Shown here piece by piece: positions 27,175 through 39,689 of a stretch of DNA of 64,000 bases. Position 1 is the stretch's first letter. The number at the start of each line of letters is the position of its first letter. The stretch comes from Felis catus. Lineage: Eukaryota. The DNA is taken from contig NC_058368.1 of assembly GCF_018350175.1 (NCBI RefSeq), positions 128,156,001 to 128,220,000 on the forward strand, written 5' to 3'. A model generated the notes under the pieces. The model did no database searches, had not been told where the DNA came from, and was given only the letters and a program-made list of their open reading frames with translations. The translations under genes were made by a program, and so were the position numbers.

Positions 27175-28040
27175 CCCTTGATTCCTGTCAATAGTATGTT
27201 TGTTGGTTTGCCTCTATCACTTTTTCCCCCCTTTGCTTATTTTTTTTCTTTCTTAAATTCCACATGAGTGACATCATATGTTATTTGTCTTTCTCCGACT
27301 TATTTTGCTTAGCATAATACTCTAGCTTCACCAGACACTGCAAATGGAAAGACTTCATCCTTTTTATGGCTGAGCAATATTTCATTACACACACACAAAT
27401 ATATACCACATCTTCTTTATCCATTTATCATTCAATGGACATTTGAGTTGTTTCCATAATTTGGTATTGTAGAAAATGCTGCTGTAAACATCAGGTTGCA
27501 TGTATCCCTTTGAATCAGTATTTTTATATTCTTTGAGTAAATACCTAGTAGTGCAATTTCTGGATCATATGGTAGTTCAATTTTTAACATTTAGAGGAAC
27601 CTCCATACTGTTTTCCAGAGTGGTTTCACCAGTTTGCATTCTCACCAACAGTGTAAGAGGGTTCCCCTTTCTCCTCCTCCTTGCTAATCTGTTGGTCTGT
27701 TGTTTCTTGTGTTGTTGATGTTAGCCATTCTGACAGATGTGAGGTGTTAGCTCATTGTAGTTTTGATTTACATTTCCCTGATAAAACTATTGGGACTACA
27801 TGAAAATAAAAATCGTCTGCATAGGGAAGGAAACAATCAACAAAACTAAAAGGGAACTTTCATAATGCAAGAAGATACTTGAAAATGACATATCAGACAA
27901 AATGTTAGTATCCAAAATACATAAAGAACATACTATACTATAACTCAACATACTAAAAAATAATGCAATTAAAAATAAGAAGACATGAATAGACATTCTT
28001 CCAAAGAAGACACATAGATGGCCGACAGACACATAAAAAG
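27175..28040 (-). mobile_element. Truncated L1 with 5' inversion (27175-27782 minus, 27783-28040 plus)
   Basis: Two adjacent segments of the ORF2 3' region in opposite orientations. Confidence 0.85.
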
Positions 28041-29274
28041 ACAGATCTTGTTTTTAAAATTTCCATATCTAAATATTTAAGGACACTTAGAAGAAAACTA
28101 ATTTTTAAACTAAAACGAAAAACAAGAGGGCCTAGAGGCAATGAATGTGCTATCCAAAACTGCTCCAATTGTTTTTGCTTCCTAAAGTAAAAAATCTCGA
28201 TGTGTTATTTCTATCAGTGATAAGTCCCTCTTGCTTGAGAAGCCACATCTACAGTGATGAATGGGTAGATCTTCTAATACTATCTATCCTGATGATAAAT
28301 TGATATATAGTCCTCAGCAAATTCCATTTGAGCTCACGATTTTCCTATAAATGGGCCCTAGAACAGCTGCTACATTCCTAAAGTCTAGGCAAAATTTATG
28401 ATCATACTTCAGTATTTGATCATTGTGTAGGAGATTAATGTAAAACTCCCAAAATAGCAATAATATGATTGCAGTTTTTACTTCATTCCTGGCTGCCAAT
28501 ACTCTCTGCTTTATGTCACCAGCCTTTTTTGATGAAGATTAATTTCATTATCTTTCCGTTGGCTGTGTTAATAAAAACAAGTACTGTTGAGAAAACAGGA
28601 CTATGTGGCACAATTAGCTAATACCCATTCCTTCTATTTCTTGTAAATTATGTTGAAATAAATTGCACTGAAAACAAGTTTGGGGATTTTAATCTGCTTC
28701 CCTGTGGCTGGTTAAAAAAGGGCTACAAACTGTGCATAATGAGCCCTTCTCACTCTGAGAACCAAGAGTAGAGGACTAAATGAAAATGTGGACTAGAACT
28801 GGCAATCAGGTGAGGATGAGGAATGAAAACGGCAAGGGCAGGACATGTGAAGGACAGAGAGGAGGAGGAGCATGGGCTGGCGGTAGACAAGGACAATGTG
28901 TGTTTGGAAAAACTCTGAGGAGCAATAGCTCAGTGACCAGGGTGTCATGTCATACAGAGGAGTACCTCTACCTCTTTTATTATGTCCACCAAGGAGTTCA
29001 AGCTTGTCCAACTCTCAACTCCTGACCACATTAGAGCTGAAGGAGGAAACTTTTCTCTCAGCAACTCATTAAAGAGCTAAAGTTAGCAAAAAAAAAAACA
29101 AAAAACAAAAAACAAAAAACAACAACAACAACAACAAAACAACACTGAAGGTCAGAGCACATGCCCAGTAAACATAACCAGGATCAAGAGCAGATTTGTA
29201 GGCCTATCACCTTTTCCCAAGCACAAGACCCCGAATCTCCCCTTCATTTCATTCTTTTATTCTTGAAGTAGCTG

Positions 29275-29765
29275 AAAATGTGACCCCCTTAAGTTCTTAG
29301 CCAGTCTTCCTACCAAGAAGTGGAGTCTGTGTCCCTGCCCCATGAATCTGGGTGGGTTTTGTAACTGCTGCCACCCAAATGGGACAATGGAAATGAGGCT
29401 GTATGATTTCTGAGGATGGTCATGAAGGGCAATGTAGTTTCTCTCTCCTCTGCAGGAACATGTGCGCATGGGGCCCTGAGTTCCAGGTACAGTGGCTGAC
29501 AACCTGGCACGTCACCAGGCTGTGAGGAAACAAAGCCATATGGAGAGGTCACAATGAGCATTCTGGTCACCAGACATGTGAGTGAAAATGTCTTCCAGTC
29601 CAAGTATCAAGTTTTCTGTGTCCCTCAAGTCTCCATAGCTGGAGCACAGCCTGTGCTGTGCCCGTTGTGCCCTCGCTGACTTTTTGAGCCACAGCCTGCC
29701 ACATGATCTTAAGAAGGTTAGCTGTTCTCAGCTGCTGAATTTTTAGGTAATTTGGTCTACAAATT
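29275..29765 (+). mobile_element. MaLR MLT1-type solo LTR
   Basis: aagaagtggagtctgtgtccctgccccatgaatctggg..ccaggctgtgaggaa..aagccatatggagaggtcaca. Confidence 0.75.
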
Positions 29766-29892
29766 ACCTCAGTGGGCTCTCAAACTATCCTTTTGTTCCA
29801 TTTCCATCTCTGAGGTTTCTCTGTAGAAGTTCCAATCCTTCAACAAGTAGTTTCCACTTGTTTTAGCCCAGAAACTGTTTGAAAATTTCTAT

Positions 29893-30100
29893 AGGGACAC
29901 CTGAGTGGCTCAGTCAGTTAAGCATCCAACTCTTGATTTCGGCTCAGGTCACGATCTTTTGGTTCCTGAGTTCAAGCCCTGCATCAGGCTCTGCACTGAG
30001 CACAGAGCCTGCTTGAAACTCTCTCTCTCTCTCTCTCTCTCTCCCTCTCTCTCTCTCAAAATAAATAAACTTAAAAATTTTTTTAATTAAAAAAAAAAAA
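29893..30100 (+). mobile_element. Can-SINE, older type; no TSD seen
   Basis: Head with ctcttgatttcggctcaggtcacgatc, (CT)n tract and A tail. Confidence 0.93.
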
Positions 30101-31573
30101 GGTGGTCAGAAGTGTGTCTGAAGCACATTTGGAGGCAGGTAGTCAGAAGTCAAGGAGAATAGTGTTTCTGAGTAACTCTTTCCCTGTGGGAACCGCTGTG
30201 GTAGGACTGGGACTCAGTGGAAGGGGGGCAGGGTTCCAGTTCTTTAAGCAAGGAGTTAGAAAATAAGCTGATATACCAGCCTGATAAGGAATGAGCTGGT
30301 GCCTTAGCAAAGGATGGAAGTGGAGACTCCATCTGGGAGCACCCAGCCTCTGTTTCTGACATGCATGGGGCAGGGATTCAGAGGAACCCTGACCCCAGTG
30401 AGAATGAGATGATGTTCAGAGACCCAGGGAGGCTGCCAGAACTAAGCCATTCACAAAGACACCACATTCTGTGTTCACCAGCCCAGACCTCAGCCAAGAG
30501 TGCCACCAGGCCTCACACCAAATGGGAGATAAGTGGAGCAGTGGACACTGTGCCTGGGGCTCCGGGCTCTTCCCTCACACCAAGATCCTGTCTGACCATT
30601 CCTCTCCCCCCATACTTGCTTCTCATGTTGAAGAGGAGTCTGGAAAAGTGTGGAACACTGAGAGACCTAAAAGTCTGCATACTTTTTTCCTAGAGACAGA
30701 GCATTATCTGAAATCAATACATCAGACTAAGACTTAAAGCAACTTGGACATTTAATTAATTTCCCCTCTAATCAGCAAGAGTTTGCTCAGGAGAAATATC
30801 ACATTAGTTAAAATCAAAATTAAGGAGCTACATGTTCTCTGCCAATCCAGATGTGATGGGAATAAAATCAGTGGCTCACCACAGGAGCTATACAAATACA
30901 ACCTCGTTCTACCCTCAGAACAACTGTAACAACAGTCATTATGACTCTCTTCCCCATTAAACAACCTGCCAAAGCTCACACAGCCCCCAAGGGACAGAGC
31001 CACCAAAGGTCTGAGCGCTCGACCACTGCAGGTATTGCTTTATTACCCTTGGTCCAGGCTTCTTAGGGACACAATGTCAATGGGCAGCCCAAGCTTATAT
31101 TTCCTTATTTAAAAACACAAGGCACTGACATCATGGTAAACACACTGTTCTTACAGCTGTGCCAGTATGAACTTGTTTAATCTTCTCACCAGTCATATGA
31201 AGCAGGTACTATTATTATTCCCAATTTATGCATAAGAACATTGAGCTCAGAAAGCAAAGTAATTTACCTCCAGTAAGTTTTGAAGCTACTAAATGGAGGA
31301 ATGGCTATCTGAACCCAGATCATGGAGAATGAGAAATGAGCTATTATTTACCGCACTGGACAAACAGACAGCCAAACAACTTCAGAAATTCTATCTTTTC
31401 AAATCACACTGGTTCTCAATTATAATAAAACCTCTCACAGTATAATATTCATGGATAATAAATGGGAATATAATTTCCAGAAGTATTCATTTTCCACAAA
31501 TAGGAAAATCTATCTCAAATAGTTACAACTGATACTAGAACCAAAAAGGTGATGATGTTAAAAAGGGAAAGTA

Positions 31574-31817
31574 GGGGCGCCTGGGTGGCTCAGTCGGTTA
31601 AGTGTCCAATTTCAGCTCAGGTCATGATTTCATGGTCCGTGGGTTTGAGCCCCATGTCAGGTTCAGTGCTGACAGTTCAGAGCCTGGAGCCTGCTTCAGA
31701 TTCTGTGTCTCCTTCTCTCTCTGCCCCTCCCCCACTCATGTGTTCTGATTCTCGTTCTCTCTCTCCCTCTCTCAAAAATAAATGTCTAAAAAACTTTTAA
31801 ATAATAAATAAATAAAT
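31574..31817 (+). mobile_element. Can-SINE
   Basis: Full-length; TSD agggaaagtag. Confidence 0.95.
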
Positions 31818-34052
31818 AGGGAAAGTAGACTAAAAGACTAGTGCAAGTAGAAAGCAAAGTTAGTTAGTTAGTTATTTTTTTATTATTTTTTTTTTTAGAA
31901 AGCAAAGTTATTTAAAAACCAGAACTATCCTGGACTTTCACATATATTATTACCACAGTTGTCTGAAATAAGAGGAGGAAGATCACAAGAGGAAGTGCCA
32001 CACAAGTGTTGCCTAATTTCTTTATCATCATGATCATACTGCAATTATTGTATAAAACCAACACATCACAACATAGAAAAGTGATCCTCACATAAAAGAG
32101 ACCTTTTTCCAGTGGAGACATTCATTTCATAACCAAAAGCAAGGTATTTCAATTTTTAACATTACTTTTGCATATTTAAGTTCAATCCAAACCATTTAGT
32201 TCTGAAAGAGCAAAATGACGATGTTAAAGATCAACTCCACATGAGGGAACTAAAAATGAGGTCTAAATGAAGGAAAATGTGAAATCAACCCTAAATTTAG
32301 AAACATTTTTTTCTCTCCCTTGCATTAGTTGTGATTACCTGGACATCTGTCACCTTTCCTACATAAAAATGTCAACACATATATACAACATATTCCACAC
32401 TCACCCAACCATGTAAGCAGCTTGCTGAATCTGACCGTATTCATTGTTTGCTTCAAGATTCCCCAAAGGAAAGTCAGGATGAAAGGGATTTATGTCTACA
32501 ACTCTCTGACTTATTTTATTAAGTCAAGAAAAATTAATTAAAATTCTTAAGTAATGTTTCTTTTTAGCTAAGTGTGTTTATCCTAGTGAAGGAGCTGGAA
32601 TAAAACCTGGCTTGTTTTGTTTTCTTTTGTCTTCCTTGAGGTTTATGCCATTCAGGGCTATAGATGCACCTGCACAATCAGTAAAATGCCAGCATGACTA
32701 CACTTAAGTATGTCTCCAGAGTAACAACAGGAAGGTGACATCTCTGATATTCTGATGGTGAAAGCAGAGCAAGTAAGACAAAAAGAAGTTGGGAGAACAA
32801 ACAGCCATAGAATACTGGAGGCCCAATCAGGTGTTTTGCTCCCAGTACCCCAGAGTGAATCTCTTTAATAAACTGACATATTGCATACCCACTCAAAAGA
32901 GGAGCCCAGAACAGATGGAAAATCAGGTGACATCTTTCTGGAGGCCCCACTCTGTTTGGATATAATGGGGCATTCTCAAATACTTTAATGTAATGCCTGT
33001 ATTCACCTTCACATTTTTTTTTTTTTGCCTTTTTCTTCATTTCTAGATCACTGATCACTGTTTAGGGATGATGAGTGGTTTGTATTATTTCCAGGAAGAC
33101 AGTGATTTTTCCCAAATCATCTTGCCCCCTTCATGACCAATCCAAATCCACCTATTTTGCATGTTGGCATAGGTACTTACAGCAAAAGGGTTCTATCACC
33201 CAGAATCCTGTTACTGGTCTTAGCAAAGCACAGTAGTCATTATATCACCAAAGATGAATGTGAGACCTTCCAATACCTTAAGGTATACACTGAATCAACT
33301 TAAAAAAATTTTAATAAGTTCATGTTAATTTTCCTTATATTTAAAAGTAGGTTATTTAATATCAATAACAGCAAGCTGTTCTTGTACATTTATCTATTTG
33401 CCAAAGGCTATAGGATTATTTCCTATAACCCTTACAACAAATCCCTGAGGTAAATTTTTTCAGTTTTTATGGATGAGGAAAATGAGGCAAACTTATTTGC
33501 TTAAGCCTATGTAGCTATTAAGTCATTATAACATGATTTAAACACACCTCACTATGATTCCAAAACTGTGCTTTTAACCATGATTTTATACAGCTTCAGG
33601 TACAGAATTATTTGGAAAATAAATACATATACACAAAGACAAGTAACTATAACCTGAGCCTATTATAAAAACTCCCCAAGGAATAGTCAGGGCCATATTT
33701 AAGTTAAAGATCCACTAAAAGACTGCTTTGAGGGAAAAAGAAACGAAGTAATCTGTAGCCTGCTTCTATTGGCACAAACAAGACTATGAAGCAGTTCCCT
33801 GGTCATTGAACACTCCAGGAAGCTGGTATAAACCAATTTTAACCATTTTTTGAATGCTCTGTTTTAAACAAGTACTAACAATAAGGAATAACCAAGAAAT
33901 AAAGTGGGTGCCTCTTACAAAAACCTACCTATAATTTATAATTACATTAAACCCAAGTGAGGAGTCATCCCATGTGACGCCCTGCACTCACCTGTATGAG
34001 ATCAGAACATCCCCAAACCAGAATGTATTCACATACTTCAAAATTCCTCCTT

Positions 34053-34613
34053 AGAGTGCCTGCGAGGCTCAGTCAATTAAGTGTCCAACTCTTGATTTCA
34101 GCTCAGGACATGATCTCACATTTTGTGGGTTTGAGCCCCGCATCAGGTTCTGTGCTGACAATGCAGAGCCTGCATGGAATCCTCTCTCTCTGCTCCTCCC
34201 CCACTGGCATGAGCTCTCTTTCTCTATCTCAAAAAAAATAAACATTTTAAAAAATTCCTGGAGCACCTGGGTGGCTCAGTTGGTTGAAAGTTTAACTTTG
34301 ACACAGGTCATGATCACATGGTGAGTTCAAGCCCCATATTGGGCTCAGTGGTGTCAGTGCAGAGCCTGCTTCAGATCCTCTGTCCCCCTCTCTCTCTGCC
34401 CCCTGCCCCACTGGCACTCTCTCAAAAATAAATAAAATATTTAAAAGAATAAAAAAAAAAATAATTCCCCCTTAGTTAAAAAGCAAGAAGGGGAGGGGCA
34501 CGTGGGTGTGTCAGTTAACCCACTGACTCCTAGTTTCAGCTCAGGTCATGGCCTGAGAGATTCTCTCTCTCTCTGTTACTCCCTCTCTGCCTCTCCCCCA
34601 CTCATATTCTCTC

Positions 34614-34648
<35 letters not shown>

Positions 34649-34675
34649 ACAAACAAACAAACTTAAAAAAAAATA
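34053..34675 (+). mobile_element. Cluster of three head-to-tail Can-SINEs (about 34053-34252, 34260-34462, 34495-34675)
   Basis: Three heads, CT tracts and A tails. The third lacks its B-box region and has a (TAAA)n tail. Confidence 0.92.
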
Positions 34676-36799
34676 AGGGGGAAAAAGAAGTTTGAGTCTT
34701 AGGAAAGTCATTTAGCTTCAAACAGATACACATCAAGACAGCTGGCAGGATCAGGTCACACAGTGAGGACACCTATGTTGTTATGCTCAACTTGAACGAG
34801 GCAACTGGACTCAAAGTCCAAACTTCTGAGATTCCATGAAATTGTAGGTATTAATAACCTACATCAGTATTCGTGGGCTCCCTTCTTCTTTGAGCACATG
34901 GCTGTATTACACCTCCTAGAGCCCTGCATTTGCTATGAGACTAGCTCTAGCTAAGAGAATATGCATAGAGGAAATCTACACTCTATCTACTTCCAGGCTC
35001 TCTGACTGCCATGCTGTTTCCCACTCTTTCTTCTCGGGTCTACTACCCAGGTAGAGAACCTAAGGCAAGATTCTGAAGCCCCTACACGATGGTGAAGTGA
35101 CTTGACAGAAACAGCTTGGGTATCTGAGTAACTTCATGGAGCATAATGAGCCCCCCACCCACAAACCACATTGTAGTGTGATGTGAGTAATAACTAAATG
35201 TGTGATATATTAAACTGTTGAAATTTAGGGATTAGTTTGTTATAATCTTTACACAAACTTGACTAATCAGTGTGTGTCTCTGTCTACACATGGGCAATAT
35301 GGATATTAATTAATCAAACATTTCATTTACCTCAAGTAAAAGGTGTTCAGACTTCTTTTTTGTTGCCAGAATGTGAAGTGGCCATGGTAATAGCCACAGT
35401 AATGTTTGGCAGCTAGACTTTAAAAACTGTCAAAATACTGCCTACCCCTTTGGAAAAAACACAAGAAACGTGCCCAGAGAAACAAACTCTCTGAAGTCTG
35501 AAGAGAGATCTCTCTGCAGACTTATCTTGCTTAATGTGTGAGATAAGTACATTTCACACATGAGAGAACTGAGACTTAGTGTACCTCACCCAGAATCATC
35601 CAGCCTACGTCTGCCTGCTTAATTTCAAATCCTATGTTCTCAAGCATTAAACTCCTTGTGGGCAAAAAACAGGCTTAATTTTTTTAGTTCCCCTAATACA
35701 ATTCTATGCCACTGACATTTTCAACTCACTGAGTTACAGTCTCATGTAATAATGTGTACAAATAGATCAGTAAATGTATTTGACAAGAAGATACACAAAG
35801 GCAGTTGGCAACAAGAATCGGGCTGTATGAGGGTGGAAGGGAGGGGGAATTTGGAGTATGAAGAAAAATAACTGTTTTCAGAAAGGAGTTACCAAGAAAA
35901 AAATTACATTTAATGGGTTCTTTTAAGGGTTCATTCCTTAGGTATATTGTATTATAACTTAGTGGTAATATAACACAGTAATCAAATACTTACAGATACA
36001 ACGAAAGAGAAAAAAATGAGAAATTTCTTTCTCTGTGACATTTAAATGGATGGAGTTGAAGACGAATACTAGGGGAAAAAAAGACCTAATATTAGCATTT
36101 ATTCATAGAAAAATTTTGAAATGCTAATATTAGAGATAAATACTTCCATATTTCACCACAATGAATTAATAATTTGCTTTGTAGCACACTGCAAAAAGAC
36201 AAAAACCTAACAAATTAGAGACTTTTGAATTTTCTAAAGATGGCTTTATGTCCCTGGAAGTAGAGAAGCTAATAGAGTCACTGTTTCCACAGACAGAGAT
36301 TGATTCAGAATGTTCAATGAATAAAACTATACCTTGTAACAGACACCTGCAGCTTCTCCAATTCAGAAGAGCAAGTGAGGTAAAGGAAAAACAAGAAATA
36401 AATAAAATGAGTTAGAAAGCTCAAAGGACATGATTCCATAAAGAATTAATAAAGTTAGACTGTGCATTTCAAAGACACAATCAAGTTCAGAATGAAGAGC
36501 AGACTATCATATGTTCTACCCATATTTTCAAAGCACTGAAAATAGAAATCCATTCTTTGAAAATCACTAAATCAGAAATAAAATTTTACTTCTAAAATGG
36601 AAATTATCAGTTGGTATGTGATCTGGAATATTAGGGAAATGAACCACAGTATTAGTAGTAATACAGTAGTGAGAGTAATGCCATCACTTATTATAAAAAT
36701 CACTGATGCTCACCTCATTGTTATAACAAGAAATTTATGAGTTAATCAGAAAAAGATTACTAACTGATTTATTCAGAATAAAAAATAAAAACAAAATGC

Positions 36800-37508
36800 T
36801 GATGCCTGGTACAAAGATTAATGGAACATGATAGGGAGTGAAGGCAAATCCATGCTTATAGAATCAGCTAATATGTATGAAAAGAGGCAAGAATATGCAA
36901 TGGGGAAATATACAGTCCACAAATGGTGCTGAGAGAACTGAACACCTATGTGCACAAGAAGGAAACTGGAACACTTTCTTACATCAAACACAAAAGTAAA
37001 TACAAAATGGATTAAACACCTAATCGTGAGATCTGAAACCTTAAAACTCCTAAAAGAGTATATATATGCAATGATTTCCTTGACATCATCTGTCACAACA
37101 TTTTTCCGGTTATGTACCCTCAAGCAAGGCAAACAAAAGCAAAAAGGAACTATTGGGACTATATCAAAGTAACAATCTTTTGCACAACAAATGAAACCAT
37201 CAACAAACCTAAAAGGCACTCTACTGAACGGGAGAAGATATTTGCAAATGGCTTATCCAGTAATTTAATATTCCAAATATAAAGAACTTCTATAACTCAA
37301 CACCAAAAACAAACAAACAAACAAATTCTATTTATAAATGGGCAGAGAGGGACATCTGGGTGGCTCAGTCAGTTAAGCATCGGACTTCAGCTCAGGTCAT
37401 GATCTTATGGTCCATGAGTTCAAGCCCCATATTGGGCTCTGTGCTGACAGCTCAGTCTGGAGCCTGCTTCAGATTCTGTGTCTCCCTCTCCCTCTGCCCC
37501 TCCCCTGC

Positions 37509-37561
<53 letters not shown>

Positions 37562-38560
37562 AAATAAACATTAAAAAAAATTTTATATGGGCAGAGTACC
37601 TGAACGGACATTCTTCCAAAGGAGATATATAGATGACCAACAGACACCTCAACAATGCTCAATGTCACTTGTCATCAGAGAAATGCAAATAAAAACCACA
37701 ATGTAGTATCACCTCCCACCTGACAGAATGGCAAAAATTTAAAAGACAAGAAATAACAAGTATTGGCAAGGATGTAGACAAAAAGAAAACCGGGTATACT
37801 GCTCATGGAAATGTAAACTGGTGCAGTCACTGTGGAAACCAGCATGGAGGTTCCTCAAAAGATTAAGAAAACAGAAATATCATAGAATCCAAAAATTCTA
37901 CCACTGCTGAGTATTTATCCAAAGAAAATGACAACACTGATTTGAAAAGATATATGCCTGTATCTACTGCAGCAATATTTACAATAGCCAAAATATGGAA
38001 ATAACCCAAGTGTCCAGCAATAGATGAGTGGATAAATAAGATGTAGTATACACACAGACACACACACATGCACGCACACTATGGAGAATTATTCGGCCAT
38101 CAAAAGGGATGAGATCTTGCCATTTGCAAAAACATGGATGACCTAGAGAATATTATATTAAATTAAATAAGTTGTTTAGAGAAATATAAACACTGTATGA
38201 CTTCACAGATACATGGAATTGCAGAAATAGACTCATAAAAACAGAGAACAAAGTGGTAGTTGCCAGTGAAGAAGTGGCAACATGTGTGGTTGCTGGTGGG
38301 TAGGTAGTGGGGGTGGTTCATGGGCAAAATGGGTAAAGGGGAGAGAAAGATATAGGCTTCCTGTTGTGGAACAAATACATCACAGGAATAAAAGGCACAG
38401 AATAGGGAATACAGTCAATGGTACTGCAATAGTGTTGTAGAGTGACAGATTGTAGCTACATGTGTGGTGAGCAGAGCAGTATAATGTATAGAATTGTTGA
38501 ATCATTATGTTTTATACCTGAAACTAATGTAATGTTGTGTGTCAACTATATGGAAGTTTT
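36800..38560 (+). mobile_element. Older 5'-truncated L1: ORF2 3' end plus 3' UTR
   Basis: Peptide NTKVNTKWIKHLIVRSETLKLL, caagtgtccagcaatagatgagtggataaa, and terminus atacctgaaactaatgtaatgttgtgtgtcaactata. Confidence 0.92.
37348..37582 (+). mobile_element. Can-SINE inserted in L1
   Basis: TSD atgggcagag on both sides. Confidence 0.95.
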
Positions 38561-39162
38561 TGTTGTTGTTGCTATTTTTTAAGGAGAAGCCAATTTTCTA
38601 GATGTACCACAGAGAAAGTGAACATTGGAGTCACAACAAAAATGTCAGCATCCCTTCAATTAAGTATTGGTAGTAGTATAGACACCACACAGGGAAACGT
38701 GGTATTATTTAACTAAACAACAAAGATATATATGTTTTAAGGTAGAAATTGCATTTTTGTGAGTTTATCCTACAGATACACTAGCTTCTACTGAAAGGTG
38801 TGTTCAAGGAAGTTCATGGAGCATTGTTTATAACAACCAAAAAGCATAATGGAGAATTTATGTATTAATATGTAAAACCTCTGAGATATTAAGTCAAAAA
38901 AAGATACAGAAGAGCATATGTATCATACTACCATTAACGAGACAAATAAAATTATATATAAGCTTATATATTCTTCTCCCTCTTATTTTTTTTCAGAAAT
39001 GTATAAAGTCTCTGAAAGAGTATACAAACTACTAACACCTTTCAACTCTAAGGAGAACTACACTACTCAGCTTAGTAGGAAGATTTATGACTATATATTT
39101 TCTGTAGTTTTTGAATTTTACCCATGTGAATGTACTGTTCTCTGATCAAAAGTAAAATAATT

Positions 39163-39385
39163 AGGGACACCTCAGTGGCTTAGTCACTTAAACGTCCAAC
39201 TCTTGATTTCTGCTCAGGTCATGATCTCATGGTTGGTGAGTTTGAGCCCCACACTGGGCTCCACACTGACAACACAGAGCCTGGTTGGGATTCTCTCTCT
39301 CCCTCTCTCTCTGTCCCTCCTCCGCTCTCTTTTTCTTGAGCATGCACTCTCTCTTTCTCTCTCTCAAAATAAACTCTAAAAAAAT
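39163..39385 (+). mobile_element. Can-SINE
   Basis: Head, CT tract and A-rich tail. Confidence 0.93.
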
Positions 39386-39403
39386 AATTAAAATTACAAA
39401 ACA

Positions 39404-39610
39404 TTTCTTTTTTTTTAATGTTTATTTTTGAGAGAGGGAGAGACAGCATGAGCAAGAAAGGGGCAGAGAGAGGGAGGCAGAATCTGAAGCAGGCTCCAGG
39501 GTCTGAGCTGTCAGCACAGAGCCTGATGCAGGGCTCAAACTCACAAACCCAGAGATCATGACCTGAGCTGAAGTTGGATGCTTAACCAACTGAGCTACCC
39601 AGGCACACCC
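39404..39610 (-). mobile_element. Can-SINE, tail-to-tail with the previous copy
   Basis: Reverse-strand SINE; aaacatttct / aaatttct flanks. Confidence 0.93.
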
Positions 39611-39689
39611 CCCTCCCGCCAAATTTCTAATATAGGTAGCATGCATTTTAAGTCACAAAAAAAATTATAAAACAATGCAAGACAATTAT

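Noticed and set aside
8963..33185. Isolated minus-strand donor-like motifs (near 8967, 18812, 33180)
   Set aside because: No convincing paired acceptor or reading frame; such motifs are common by chance.
6871..39646. Recurring short ORFs of the type AQSVKRPTSAQVMIS..SLEPASDSVSPSLS, suggesting a gene family
   Set aside because: They are translations of Can-SINE sequence.
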